57,770 nucleotides of DNA, from the IMG/VR virus record IMGVR_UViG_3300030090_003001, positions 1-57,770 of that record; one strand, 5' to 3'. The stretch comes from a virus. Its lineage: Duplodnaviria; Caudoviricetes. Made by a program: the position numbers and the translations under genes. The first letter of the stretch is position 1. Every line of letters begins with the position of its first letter. Shown piece by piece: positions 28,101 to 37,511 of the stretch. The notes below the pieces were generated by a model. The model saw only the letters and a list, made by a program, of their open reading frames with translations, was not told the DNA's origin and ran no database searches.

Positions 28101-31100
28101 TGCGATATGAAATACCAGTAAAAACTATTACAGCTAGTGGTAGTAATTGGGCATCAACAGATGATATGTTAATAAAAATTAATATAGGTAGCCAAGGAAC
28201 TGCTGGAATAGATGGAATAGACGGAACTCCCGGAGCAGATGGGCAAGATGGCCAAGATGGAGCAGATGGTGCAGATGGTGCGCCGGGCGCAGATGGGCAA
28301 GATGGACAAGACGGAGCGCCGGGTACAGACGGACAAGACGGAACAGATGGTATTGACGGACAAGATGGCGCTGATGGTGCGGATGGAGCTGACGGAGCTG
28401 ATGCTCCAACAATTATTTGGAAAGATAAATATAATGACAGTACAGCTGGTCGATTTGGAATAGGATGCTTAGATGCAAGTAATAACGTAATTACTAACTT
28501 TGCTAATATATCTGGCACTGGTTCTGTAATGGTAAACACTATAGATGCTGATGGTGTAGACCACGAATTATATTTAAGCACACTTATTACTAATCATAGA
28601 GGTATAATAAGAAAACAAACATCTTTTGTAGAGTTTAAACTAACATCAGATGTAATTTTAACTGGAACTGGTTCTGATAGAAAAGCACAATTTTCTGTGT
28701 CTTATGAAAATGGTGCTAGTACTATTGCTGCAGATGAAATAGCTACAATAAATTGCACAATATCTGGAAAAGATGGCATTGATGGACAAGATGGGACAGA
28801 TGGAGTTGATGGGGTTGATGGTGTAGATGGGCAAGATGGAACAGATGGTATAGATGGAACGGATGGGCAAAACGGAGCAGATGGTACTAATGGTGCTGAT
28901 GGAGCAGATGCACAATTTTTTTCTGTGTCATACGAAGCAGTTACAGTAAGCTTTAACAATTCTTCTGGAAGTCCAGTTTTACAACCATCTGGTAGCGCAC
29001 AAGACATATCATTAACATCAAGAAGACAAAACATTACAAGCAATGTTACTCACACTATATACTCAGATTCAAGTTATAGCAATATACACTCTAGTGTTGT
29101 TTTTGGTAATGGTTCAGCTACTCAGACTAGTCTTGATGTATTTATAGATGTTTCTTCTTGGACGCCAAGTAGTGTAGGGGAAACAATTTATATTAAATCA
29201 GTTTGTGGTTCATTTGAAGATAGACAATCTATAACTGCTTTATATAGCGGTGCAGATGGAAATGATGGCGTTGATGGACAAGATGGTATAGATGGTGAAC
29301 ACGGTCAAGACGGTACAGATGGTGCAGACGGAGAAGACGGGGCATCATTAATACTAACAAATGAAAATCACTCAGAAATAGCTGATGGTGCTACTAATAA
29401 TTTAAGTTTTGCTGCTAAACAAATAGGAGAGGCTACATTATATTTTGGAGCAACTCCTTATACTCAAACAACTTTTGGTGACAGTAACTGGACTAACGCA
29501 ACAATTACAATTTTGGGAACAACTTATTCTGCCAGAACAACAAGTCAAAACGGATTATCTGTATATGTAACAACTAATGACTCTACGACTGCAAAAATAA
29601 TAATATTTGCTAGCAATTGGAATACTGCTGCTGAAACTTTTGACATATCAGCTTACAAACCATCTGGAGAAGAATACAAAAAAACATTAACCATAGTAAG
29701 ACAAGTATCTGGTGAAGATGGTAATGATGGAAATGATGGTAGTGATGGCCAATATACAAAATATGCTTATAAAAATGCTACAACACAACCAAGTACTCCT
29801 ACTTTTTTAGGAACGTATAGCAACCCATCGCCACCAACTGGCTGGTCGTTTACACCAACAGCTCCTAGCCCTAATGAATATGTATGGGTTTCACAAGCTG
29901 TATATTTGCCAGCTGGGCCACAAACAGCATCAGACCCTATTCAATTTACACCAGACGATGTAGCGCAAGCTGGATTAAATGGTTTGTTGACTTGGCAAAG
30001 TATGTTAACTGAGCCGGGGTCATTTGTTGTTAATAACATCCACACAAATTTTACACCTAATGGAAACATATATGCTACTAACAACATAAACTCGCTATTT
30101 GGGCAAGAGCATTTAAACATAAGTTGGGCAACGGGTGTTCAGCAAGGCAATATGATTCTTTTTTCAAAAGACAGCAGTACTTATAATGAAATGACATTAG
30201 GTGGTGATAATCAAAATATGGCAAGCAATTCTCCATATATATTTTCACTATATTATAAAAGCATTTCAGCATTATGGACTAATAGCAAAATAAAATTAGG
30301 ATTAAAAACCGCAACCGGCGCACATTGGGTTTCTGATTCAATAACTATATTAGGTGCAAATACTAATTGGACAAGAATATCTGGAGTTATAGATGTTCCA
30401 GTTTCTGGTTCAGAACAATTTGTTCCATTTATATGGATTGACGAAGGTGACTCTGAAGACAATAACTCTTTTATTGGAACAGCTTTTGCAATAGACGGGT
30501 TAATGCTTGAAAGAAAAATTGGTGATAACAATGAACCAAGTCCATTTCATACTGGTATATCTTCAATGGGAGGAGACGCTACATTAGATTCTTTAGTAGA
30601 TGCTGAACCACCATCGGGAGGTGGTTTTCATTTTGACTCAACACATTTAGGTTTTTATAAAGATAGTAGTTGGACAACCTATATGGACAATCAAGGTGAT
30701 TTCTTTTTAAAGGGACAAACTAATGCTGATGTTGATACTGCTCTTTCATTTGATGGTTCAACTGGTGACCTTACAGTATCTGGTAAATTAAAGTTAGGTG
30801 ATACTTTATATCAAAACGTGAGTTTAACAGTTGGCTCAAACAATACTATACCTAATTCAACACAATGCACAAAATTATCAATAGATGCAAAAAATTATTT
30901 AGTAAGTGATAATACGCTTGTTTTTGACACTTATTCAAACAGCAATTTAAGTGATGGTTTAGTTTTAATAGTTTTAGATGGACAAACAGATGAATTAGAA
31001 ATCAGACACAAAATGATATATGATACAACGTCTGCTAATAATGGTGTTACAATACAACAATCTTCACAAGCTTTAATAGACCATATAGATGGAACAACCA

Positions 31101-33703
31101 ATTTATCAGATGGAGCGCAATTAAGAAATGCAGATATAGTTATTGTTTTAGGTTATCGTGAATGGGACACATTGTTTAATAATGGGCAGACATATGTTAA
31201 CTATGGAATTGATGAAGCATTATATTCTATCGGCGCAGCAGCTGCAGATATATATCCACACCATCTAAATGGCTTTAATAATAATGATGAAGTTTTATTA
31301 ATAGTAGGTAAAAAAGGATTAGGCAAAAATAATGGTTATTCTATAAGAAAATCATCAACACATACAGAACCAGTTGATTTTCAGTTTTCTGTATATGATG
31401 GTACTATTAGTGTGGGATTATCTTCTAGCGGTACAGTTATTACGGGTAATCAAATACAAAGTGGAAAAATAGTTTCTAATAATGTAGATGAAACAGTTTC
31501 TAATACACATTATATATCACAAGGAACTAAAATTGATTTAGACGCTGGTACAATACAAACTAAAAACTTTGCTATTGATGCAAATGGAAATGCTAGGTTT
31601 AAAGGAGAAATAGAAGCTCTTAGTGGTAATATAGGCGGAGCATTGACGTTAGGTGCCGGAAATATGAAAATAGGTGGCTGGAGTGATAATTCAGTAGCCT
31701 ATATTGGTATAAGTGTAGATAACAATAATTACTGGTATGATTCTGGAGATTTTATAGTAGGTAATGGTACTAGTTATATTGGATACAATTCTTCATTAGA
31801 TGAAGTAACAGTAAAAGCAGATAAAATTGATATAGGTAGCACGACAGTTACTAACGAAGACACATTAATAGATGCTATTAATAACGCTGGTACAAACACT
31901 AGAATATCTGGAGACCACATAGAAATTAATGGAAATACAGTATTTACAAGTGGTTTTCAAACTGGTGATAAAATTATATTTTTATGGAACGGTGGAGGTG
32001 TAATACCAGACAACCCATACTATGGGTATTCTGAACCTAATTTTGATTTTCAGCACGGAAGTGAAGCGGCTACTGTTTATTACACTGATGCTAATGCAGA
32101 AATGGGATACAACAATAGTTCTGGAGGTTTTGTTAGTAGGGCTTTAAGAGCTGGAACTGCATCTGGGGATTCAACAATAGGTTGGACATTTGGGGATGAA
32201 TCGAATAACCAATATTCAGATACACATTCAAACAATGGGATGTATCCTTACGACCCAACAAAATTATACAAAATGACAATAAGAGTAAGAAGGTATGCTG
32301 GCTCATCTTCAGAAGCTTTAACATATGCTGGTGTTGCTATGTATGCATCAAATGGTTCTCAATTAGATAGGGATGGAGATTATCAAACAAATGGAAATGG
32401 AGATTTTAATCACGCTCCAGTTGTGTTAGATGGGCAGATAGTTGGCTCTCAATTTGTTACTTATACTGGTTATTTTAGTGGAATTACTGGAACAAATAAT
32501 GGTAGTGACATAAAACAATCTAATACACAGACGCAACCATCTCCTTTAGCGCAAGGATGCACACAATTTAAACCATACATAATTTGCAATTTTGGCTCAG
32601 TTAGCGCAAGAACATCAATTGATTATATATCTATAATTGAGATGGGTGGCGGAGGAAACACTGTAATTGATGGAGATAGAATAGTAACTGGTACAATTGG
32701 TGCTGAAAGAATAGATGTAAATTCGATATTTGCTGTTGATGCTAACATTACTAATGTTTTAACAATGGGTTCTGGCAATGAACAAAAAGTTATAATAGGT
32801 AATGATTTAAGTATAGCTGCTGGCGATATGGACAATGAAGATATTGTTATAGGTAAAATAGCAGCTGGAAACAGCTCTTGGACATCTTCAAATGCTAATA
32901 GTGGATTAACATACAGTGTAAATGGCCCAGCTATTATTATACCAAAAGGCGAAGGTGATTTTACTTTTATGGGAACTCAAGGCCTAATGAAAAATGCAAA
33001 TCAATATATGGCTTGTTTTATGCAAACCCCAGTAGTAGGATGGAAAACAAATGTTACTCAACACGATACTTCCGTATTTAATATGTCATCTTTAGGTTGG
33101 CCAAACTTATATGCACCAATTTGTTCTTTAGATGTACCTTTTAGCTATATGCCTAATACAATGCCCACAACTACTGAGTTTGATATTGTTTGGACTTTTA
33201 TGCCTACTACTATTTGGTACTCTTTTGGAAACGCTGATGAGGCGATAGTTAATGTTAATATGCCACAAACAACTTCTTTGTCAGAAGGTAACTTTTTTGA
33301 TGGTACACAATGTTTTATACATAATGGAAGCACTTGGGATTTAGGTAACAGTGTAAATACGCAAACTGAAATTTACGATACTAATAAAATTGTTGACATA
33401 TGGACTACCGCACAAGAAAGCACTACTACAATGTTGTCGCACGGGTTTATTCCAGCGGGAACAAACATTACTAATTTATACTTTTTGTCTGCAAGGTATG
33501 TTATAAATAATAATGATGACGCAGATTATTCTGGCAACTACAGTACAGAAGCAGAAGCATTTTGGAAAGCTGGATATAATGGTGGCATAGGAGGGCTGCT
33601 ATCATTTTATATAGCTGACCAACAAGTCCCAGATTATGGTACCAACTTAGCTGGTGGTTCGCCATCTATAGGAAATGCTAGCAGTGGAAATCAAGGTAAT
33701 TAA
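25133..33703 (+). CDS. Giant tail fibre/receptor-binding protein with collagen-like repeats
   Basis: LTVRGQMNVYEMVINQIRATNG fibre motif; six G-X-D collagen tracts; WRGAW...WDLLA carbohydrate-binding-like module; beta-sandwich domains. Confidence 0.85.
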   Translation: MPISQPKILFKDGLPQANQGYEGEMRVGRANGQLHLFVRTKNEWHSVPFTSELGKTLASEVTAITLKETQINQQTISNIICDTIKVNNNLQDSSGNPIDSATLVAHPSDATQAHSDYLKNTTAEQLDGALIITGGSSLAASAEHILKSVSSMSSTNVFFVGNPDYSSGGGNPYAKKSGFYVSPGNLEGIFHIGTTSGQDFVLDDSGLLKVEDITVTDDITLSGNLIHGSTDVLYSQNNSIRLLVDEISTDGGNTWGELYPAQQPTDTNRIAFSGGNPATSGNPIQADLVSNSVTNTYLSMNVDQDVGTTNTPQFERLGIGIAADGTIDVNISSTDPKVQFKDETNNSTASIGLTSGTLNLNTPTAISTTDNKSVGSETFTPGYTGTGYQITQLGSDKYRIECEELTVRGQMNVYEMVINQIRATNGSLFVTSSAVIDSIETVNTDYVKITFDSKDADYHPFADDDICIYQTWDTNGNNAVRYFIKVTDHDVYDNNQLKGQVYNTTGDLQTGNDVDTAVGNISAGKALCRIGNSSDSARQGGVYLTSDDSGAPFVSVWDDITAPNQWGTADKEKARFGNIGGISYNGSSIPANTYGLYAENVHLTGKITATEGYIGSVAAGWAIDQYGIINSSGNADNRIAIGTGNHNNSDTPFYVDGAGKFSLKDKLVWDGSNLSITGSVTLPNNEEVVGPGMTWRGAWNENTTYAKYDAVSYDDGNGVRSWISEDNNNTNNIPSTTSNDWDLLADAGTDGTDGQDGTSGNDGNPGDYIKYAYATQATQPSAPTFGGTYDSPTVSGSGWSFNMSAPSNGTFVWVSETTYDYTSGASPTTGSTPIQLSGNDGTDGQDGTDGQDGADGANGQDGADGANGQDGADGQDGADGQDGIDGQDGVDGVDGKDGEALTWRYNNWINLAASAGRWMTQNQDGNYHQLDVGQNGTIIINREDADGNRHDNSLAAMRTGDRFQITLIEGSQSGSFGLYEVTGASTAVMMRYEIPVKTITASGSNWASTDDMLIKINIGSQGTAGIDGIDGTPGADGQDGQDGADGADGAPGADGQDGQDGAPGTDGQDGTDGIDGQDGADGADGADGADAPTIIWKDKYNDSTAGRFGIGCLDASNNVITNFANISGTGSVMVNTIDADGVDHELYLSTLITNHRGIIRKQTSFVEFKLTSDVILTGTGSDRKAQFSVSYENGASTIAADEIATINCTISGKDGIDGQDGTDGVDGVDGVDGQDGTDGIDGTDGQNGADGTNGADGADAQFFSVSYEAVTVSFNNSSGSPVLQPSGSAQDISLTSRRQNITSNVTHTIYSDSSYSNIHSSVVFGNGSATQTSLDVFIDVSSWTPSSVGETIYIKSVCGSFEDRQSITALYSGADGNDGVDGQDGIDGEHGQDGTDGADGEDGASLILTNENHSEIADGATNNLSFAAKQIGEATLYFGATPYTQTTFGDSNWTNATITILGTTYSARTTSQNGLSVYVTTNDSTTAKIIIFASNWNTAAETFDISAYKPSGEEYKKTLTIVRQVSGEDGNDGNDGSDGQYTKYAYKNATTQPSTPTFLGTYSNPSPPTGWSFTPTAPSPNEYVWVSQAVYLPAGPQTASDPIQFTPDDVAQAGLNGLLTWQSMLTEPGSFVVNNIHTNFTPNGNIYATNNINSLFGQEHLNISWATGVQQGNMILFSKDSSTYNEMTLGGDNQNMASNSPYIFSLYYKSISALWTNSKIKLGLKTATGAHWVSDSITILGANTNWTRISGVIDVPVSGSEQFVPFIWIDEGDSEDNNSFIGTAFAIDGLMLERKIGDNNEPSPFHTGISSMGGDATLDSLVDAEPPSGGGFHFDSTHLGFYKDSSWTTYMDNQGDFFLKGQTNADVDTALSFDGSTGDLTVSGKLKLGDTLYQNVSLTVGSNNTIPNSTQCTKLSIDAKNYLVSDNTLVFDTYSNSNLSDGLVLIVLDGQTDELEIRHKMIYDTTSANNGVTIQQSSQALIDHIDGTTNLSDGAQLRNADIVIVLGYREWDTLFNNGQTYVNYGIDEALYSIGAAAADIYPHHLNGFNNNDEVLLIVGKKGLGKNNGYSIRKSSTHTEPVDFQFSVYDGTISVGLSSSGTVITGNQIQSGKIVSNNVDETVSNTHYISQGTKIDLDAGTIQTKNFAIDANGNARFKGEIEALSGNIGGALTLGAGNMKIGGWSDNSVAYIGISVDNNNYWYDSGDFIVGNGTSYIGYNSSLDEVTVKADKIDIGSTTVTNEDTLIDAINNAGTNTRISGDHIEINGNTVFTSGFQTGDKIIFLWNGGGVIPDNPYYGYSEPNFDFQHGSEAATVYYTDANAEMGYNNSSGGFVSRALRAGTASGDSTIGWTFGDESNNQYSDTHSNNGMYPYDPTKLYKMTIRVRRYAGSSSEALTYAGVAMYASNGSQLDRDGDYQTNGNGDFNHAPVVLDGQIVGSQFVTYTGYFSGITGTNNGSDIKQSNTQTQPSPLAQGCTQFKPYIICNFGSVSARTSIDYISIIEMGGGGNTVIDGDRIVTGTIGAERIDVNSIFAVDANITNVLTMGSGNEQKVIIGNDLSIAAGDMDNEDIVIGKIAAGNSSWTSSNANSGLTYSVNGPAIIIPKGEGDFTFMGTQGLMKNANQYMACFMQTPVVGWKTNVTQHDTSVFNMSSLGWPNLYAPICSLDVPFSYMPNTMPTTTEFDIVWTFMPTTIWYSFGNADEAIVNVNMPQTTSLSEGNFFDGTQCFIHNGSTWDLGNSVNTQTEIYDTNKIVDIWTTAQESTTTMLSHGFIPAGTNITNLYFLSARYVINNNDDADYSGNYSTEAEAFWKAGYNGGIGGLLSFYIADQQVPDYGTNLAGGSPSIGNASSGNQGN

Positions 33704-33717
33704 AAAAAGGAAAAATT

Positions 33718-33843
33718 ATGACAATAGAAGTTTCAAATAATGACAAGAAAAAGTTTTTTCAAAAAAAAGAAATAACTGTAATAGAAAATTTAAAGGTTGC
33801 AACTAAACCGACAAAATTGCCAAAACCGGTACTTAAGAAATAG
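33718..33843 (+). CDS. Small basic protein (41 aa, not in ORF track)
   Basis: AAGGA RBS; MTIEVSNNDKKK... Confidence 0.45.
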   Translation: MTIEVSNNDKKKFFQKKEITVIENLKVATKPTKLPKPVLKK

Positions 33844-33936
33844 TATTGATATATTTATGTAAGTTTTTTTATATTATATATAGCAAAAAAGGTTAAATAT
33901 AAGTATATTTTACATAATTTATAAAGGAGAATATAA

Positions 33937-34119
33937 GTGGAACTTAAAAAATATGAAGAAATGTTAGAAAACTTAACTAAACAAGAAATCGAAGTTAAGG
34001 CTACATTTACTAAAATACAAGGTGCTAAAGAAGTAGTTTCAGCTTTAATAGAAGAAGCTAAAGCAACTCAAGAAACACCTAAGGTAAAAAAGGATTTAAA
34101 AGTAAAAAAAGGAAAATAA
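33937..34119 (+). CDS. Small coiled-coil protein (possible fibre assembly chaperone)
   Basis: AAGGAG RBS; GTG start; KIQGAKEVV motif; follows the fibre gene. Confidence 0.65.
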   Translation: MELKKYEEMLENLTKQEIEVKATFTKIQGAKEVVSALIEEAKATQETPKVKKDLKVKKGK

Positions 34120-35400
34120 ATGCCCGATGAGTTCGAATATACTGGGCCAGATTTAATATCTGGTTCTGAACTTCCTTCTGCTGCTGGTAAAGAATACGAG
34201 TATGAAGATGGATATTATCTTGAAATGCTAAAAGCTCAACTTGAGGCAATGAAAAATCAATTTGAAAAGCATCAAGAAGAGCAAGAAGAAGATGGTATAT
34301 TAGGAACTAAAAATATGGAAACTCTAAACTCTATTCTCACAATTAGAGGAGCTACAGAAAGTTTTAGAGATTCATATGTAAGAAAGAAAATTCAAATGCA
34401 AGGTGGTTTTCATACTATGGAAGACCCTTCTGCTCCGGGTTCTGGGAAAACTATTGATGGTTCAGATGCTAAGTGGACATTTAAAAAAGGCAACACATTA
34501 AGTAAAGCTGCAGAAATTGGCTTAGGTTGGAGTAGAGGTATAGAAGCGGTTGATGGACAAGAATTAATAGCTAGTGATAACAATAATAAATCTACAAATA
34601 CAGCTGAATCAACATATAATCCAGATAAAAAATTATTATCTTATGCAACTAATCCTAATACTGGAGAGCAAGATGCTTATTATACAGAAGGTGGAGTAGT
34701 TCATTGGAAGAGTGAGTTTGGAAAAACAACAGAGGATGTAAGTGGGTTTGTTGATGATAACGTAGATATAGCAGATAATTCGTCATCGGAAACATCCAGT
34801 GAAAATATTAGTGTAGATGACTCAGATAATATTGTACCTAATGGAACATTAGCTGATAATAACAATTTATATCAAGAAGATACACAAAGCTCTGATTTTG
34901 CATCTAATGATAATCGTGATGCAGAAAAAGAACGAATACAATCTTATATAGATAAAGATTGGGCGCCAGAACAAGATATGGATAAAGACTTATACGAAAG
35001 TATGGGCGGAAAATATGAGCCAAAGGGTGGTTGGGCAACAAACGAAACAACTGAAACTGTAAAAAATGATGCAGACAATAACTTTGCCTCTTTATTAAAC
35101 AAAGAAATCAAGGGATATGAAATAGAAGGTTTAAATAAAGATTTTAAAAACAATTTTTCAACTATTGAAACCGACAATACAAGAGTTGTAGTAAATGACC
35201 AATTAAATAATATTGAGCAAAATAAATTTATATCAAACCCAGAAAAGCTTTTCACAGACAGACTAGATATTAATCAACTTCAAGATGGAAGTTTTACATT
35301 AAATTATGGGGCTTCTGACCAAATAACATTTGCAGACCAAGATTCATTAAACACATTTATTGTAGGAAATAACTTAACTAATTTTAGTAGTAACTTTTAA
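34120..35400 (+). CDS. Acidic putative internal virion protein
   Basis: First of the coupled ORFs leading to the giant protein. Confidence 0.65.
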   Translation: MPDEFEYTGPDLISGSELPSAAGKEYEYEDGYYLEMLKAQLEAMKNQFEKHQEEQEEDGILGTKNMETLNSILTIRGATESFRDSYVRKKIQMQGGFHTMEDPSAPGSGKTIDGSDAKWTFKKGNTLSKAAEIGLGWSRGIEAVDGQELIASDNNNKSTNTAESTYNPDKKLLSYATNPNTGEQDAYYTEGGVVHWKSEFGKTTEDVSGFVDDNVDIADNSSSETSSENISVDDSDNIVPNGTLADNNNLYQEDTQSSDFASNDNRDAEKERIQSYIDKDWAPEQDMDKDLYESMGGKYEPKGGWATNETTETVKNDADNNFASLLNKEIKGYEIEGLNKDFKNNFSTIETDNTRVVVNDQLNNIEQNKFISNPEKLFTDRLDINQLQDGSFTLNYGASDQITFADQDSLNTFIVGNNLTNFSSNF

Positions 35401-35402
35401 TT

Positions 35403-36215
35403 ATGGGCGAATACAGAGATAAAGAGAGTCTTTTTAAAGACGAAAAAAGCAAGGTAGGAAAAAATCCTATAGAAGTTAGTGATAGCGCTAAAATGGCTAA
35501 TATGGAAGATGATAAAAATCCTTTAGCTGAAGGGCTTAAATTAGGTAAACCTTTAGTAAAAGGGTACCAAACTTTAGGTAAAGTGCAAAACTTGCAAAAT
35601 TTAGCAGATAGAGGCTTTGGAGAAGGCAATCAAGCTTATGAAAGTGTTGCTAAAGGCTCTAAAAGTAAAGCGCAGCACGAATTAGAAACTGTAAGCGCTC
35701 AAGCAAGCACAGTATCAACTGGTGGCGATTTAGCTGAAGAAGGTATTAAGCAAGGAATAACCAAAGTTGGTGTTCCTTTAATTATGAAAGGTACTGGTAA
35801 TGTAAGTCACGCAGTTAAAGCAACAAAAGCAGCAAATACAATAGGTAAAGTAGCTGGTGTTGCTGGTGATGTAGCAGCAGTAGCGTCTATTGGCTCTACA
35901 GTTGCAGATTTAAAACACGAAGGTTTAAGAGAAGGTTTTGTAGCGAAGGAAACCAAACAAGCACAAGCCTTAGATGCCACGTCAGCTGCGGTTGGTGTTG
36001 GTGGCAGTATTGCTGGTATGGCCGGTGCAAGCGCTGGAGGTATAGGTGCAGCAATGGCGGCTGGTGGAACAGCTTTAGCTGGTGGTGCTGGAATTGGAGC
36101 TAGCGTTTTAGCAGCTGGTGCAGCATTAGGCCCAGTAGGATGGGCAGCTTTAGGTTTAATGGGAGCAGCAGCCATTATGAAGAAAAAAGGTGGCGACAAA
36201 TATAGATTGAGGTAA
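35403..36215 (+). CDS. Putative ejection protein with Gly/Ala-zipper hydrophobic C-terminus
   Basis: GGIGAAMAAGG...ALGPVGWAALGLMGAA. Confidence 0.65.
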   Translation: MGEYRDKESLFKDEKSKVGKNPIEVSDSAKMANMEDDKNPLAEGLKLGKPLVKGYQTLGKVQNLQNLADRGFGEGNQAYESVAKGSKSKAQHELETVSAQASTVSTGGDLAEEGIKQGITKVGVPLIMKGTGNVSHAVKATKAANTIGKVAGVAGDVAAVASIGSTVADLKHEGLREGFVAKETKQAQALDATSAAVGVGGSIAGMAGASAGGIGAAMAAGGTALAGGAGIGASVLAAGAALGPVGWAALGLMGAAAIMKKKGGDKYRLR

Positions 36216-36593
36216 ATGAAATTTACTAAAGAAATTAAGCGTTTTATGGAACCAATAAGCGCAATACAACCAGAGGACATAAAGATTTTTGAAGAGGCTA
36301 CTAAAGATATGCCTTTTTCGTTATCTGAAATACTAAAAAGAAACGATATAATGTCTTTAGTCTTTGATAGAGGATTCGTATCCTTTAAAGTTAAAAATAA
36401 TGAATGCATTGTATATGCTTATTATGTGTCAAAGAAATCCAAAATATCTTCAAAAGAACATAGAAAAGCGTTTTATGATTTTTTAAAATATAATGGGTGT
36501 AAATCTATGAGAGCTTACACTCACACCCCACCTAAGGTTTGGAAAAACTGGGGGTTTAAATTGCAAAGATATGAAATAGTGAGAAAATTATGA
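36216..36593 (+). CDS. GNAT-like protein (T7 gp13-like position)
   Basis: GFVSF..CIVYAYYV...FLKYNGCKSM...WGFK, located among ejection genes. Confidence 0.5.
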   Translation: MKFTKEIKRFMEPISAIQPEDIKIFEEATKDMPFSLSEILKRNDIMSLVFDRGFVSFKVKNNECIVYAYYVSKKSKISSKEHRKAFYDFLKYNGCKSMRAYTHTPPKVWKNWGFKLQRYEIVRKL

Positions 36594-37510
36594 AAATATA
36601 CACATTAGTTGAATTTAAATGGGACGAAAAGTCTGGCAAAATGGTTGAGACTCACTCTGAGTCATACGACTATGATGGCGATTTAGCTTTATGTGGTGGT
36701 GGCGGTGAAGCAGATAGAAGAGCATTTGACAATAGGGCGCAAGATGCTGCAGTTGATACATTAAATTTATTAGAGAATCAATACTCTAATTCAGCTGACC
36801 CTAGCAATAGTTTCTTTGCGCAAGAAATAGATAGATTAGGACAAGAAACAGCGGCAAAAAAATCAGAATCAGAAGATAGATACAATTTAAAGGTTGGTCA
36901 AGCTCAAGATAGTTATGATTTTCAAAAGCAAAAAGGTATAATGAGCTACCAACAACAAATTGCAAAAACTGGACAACAATTAAAAGAAGCTAACAACGAA
37001 GGTATTAGGCAAGCTACAGAAGCACGTCAAGGAGCGAGCGATGAGTCTTACGGAGCTTTAACAAAATTAGCAAACACTGGTTTAGCTGGAGCTGGCGGTA
37101 GAGCAAGAAAAACATTAGCTGCAAGAAAATCAGCTGGTGTAGATAAAGTAGCTGCTGGGTTAGCTCGAGAAAAACAACAAATTAGAGACAGTTTAGCAGA
37201 AGCAGAAACTGTTAAAAATGTAAATTTATCTGAACAAGCTGTTGGTATGCAGCAAGCAAAAGACAGTGCAGATTTAGCAATGAGTCAAGAGCGTTCAGAA
37301 TTAGAAAGAAATATGCAAACACAAACAAGCAAATTATTACAAGAACAAAGTGCTGCTTTAGATAAAATAAGATTAGAGGCAACACAAATAGTTTCATCAA
37401 CTACTAGTGGTTTTGCAGATTCAAGGTCAGAGTGGGATGATGCTAAATGGGACCCAGTAAATGAACCATTTGATGAAATTGATGAAGAATTTGGAATAAG
37501 GCAAGGATAA
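36590..37510 (+). CDS. Putative ejection/internal virion protein
   Basis: MKIYT..W..SESYDYDGDLALCGGGG leader followed by Q/A-rich helices. Confidence 0.7.
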   Translation: MKIYTLVEFKWDEKSGKMVETHSESYDYDGDLALCGGGGEADRRAFDNRAQDAAVDTLNLLENQYSNSADPSNSFFAQEIDRLGQETAAKKSESEDRYNLKVGQAQDSYDFQKQKGIMSYQQQIAKTGQQLKEANNEGIRQATEARQGASDESYGALTKLANTGLAGAGGRARKTLAARKSAGVDKVAAGLAREKQQIRDSLAEAETVKNVNLSEQAVGMQQAKDSADLAMSQERSELERNMQTQTSKLLQEQSAALDKIRLEATQIVSSTTSGFADSRSEWDDAKWDPVNEPFDEIDEEFGIRQG

Positions 37511-37511
37511 T

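Noticed and set aside
25133-33703. Diversity-generating retroelement or invertible tail-fibre switch
   Set aside because: No reverse transcriptase or invertase, and no template/variable repeat pair differing at adenines was seen.
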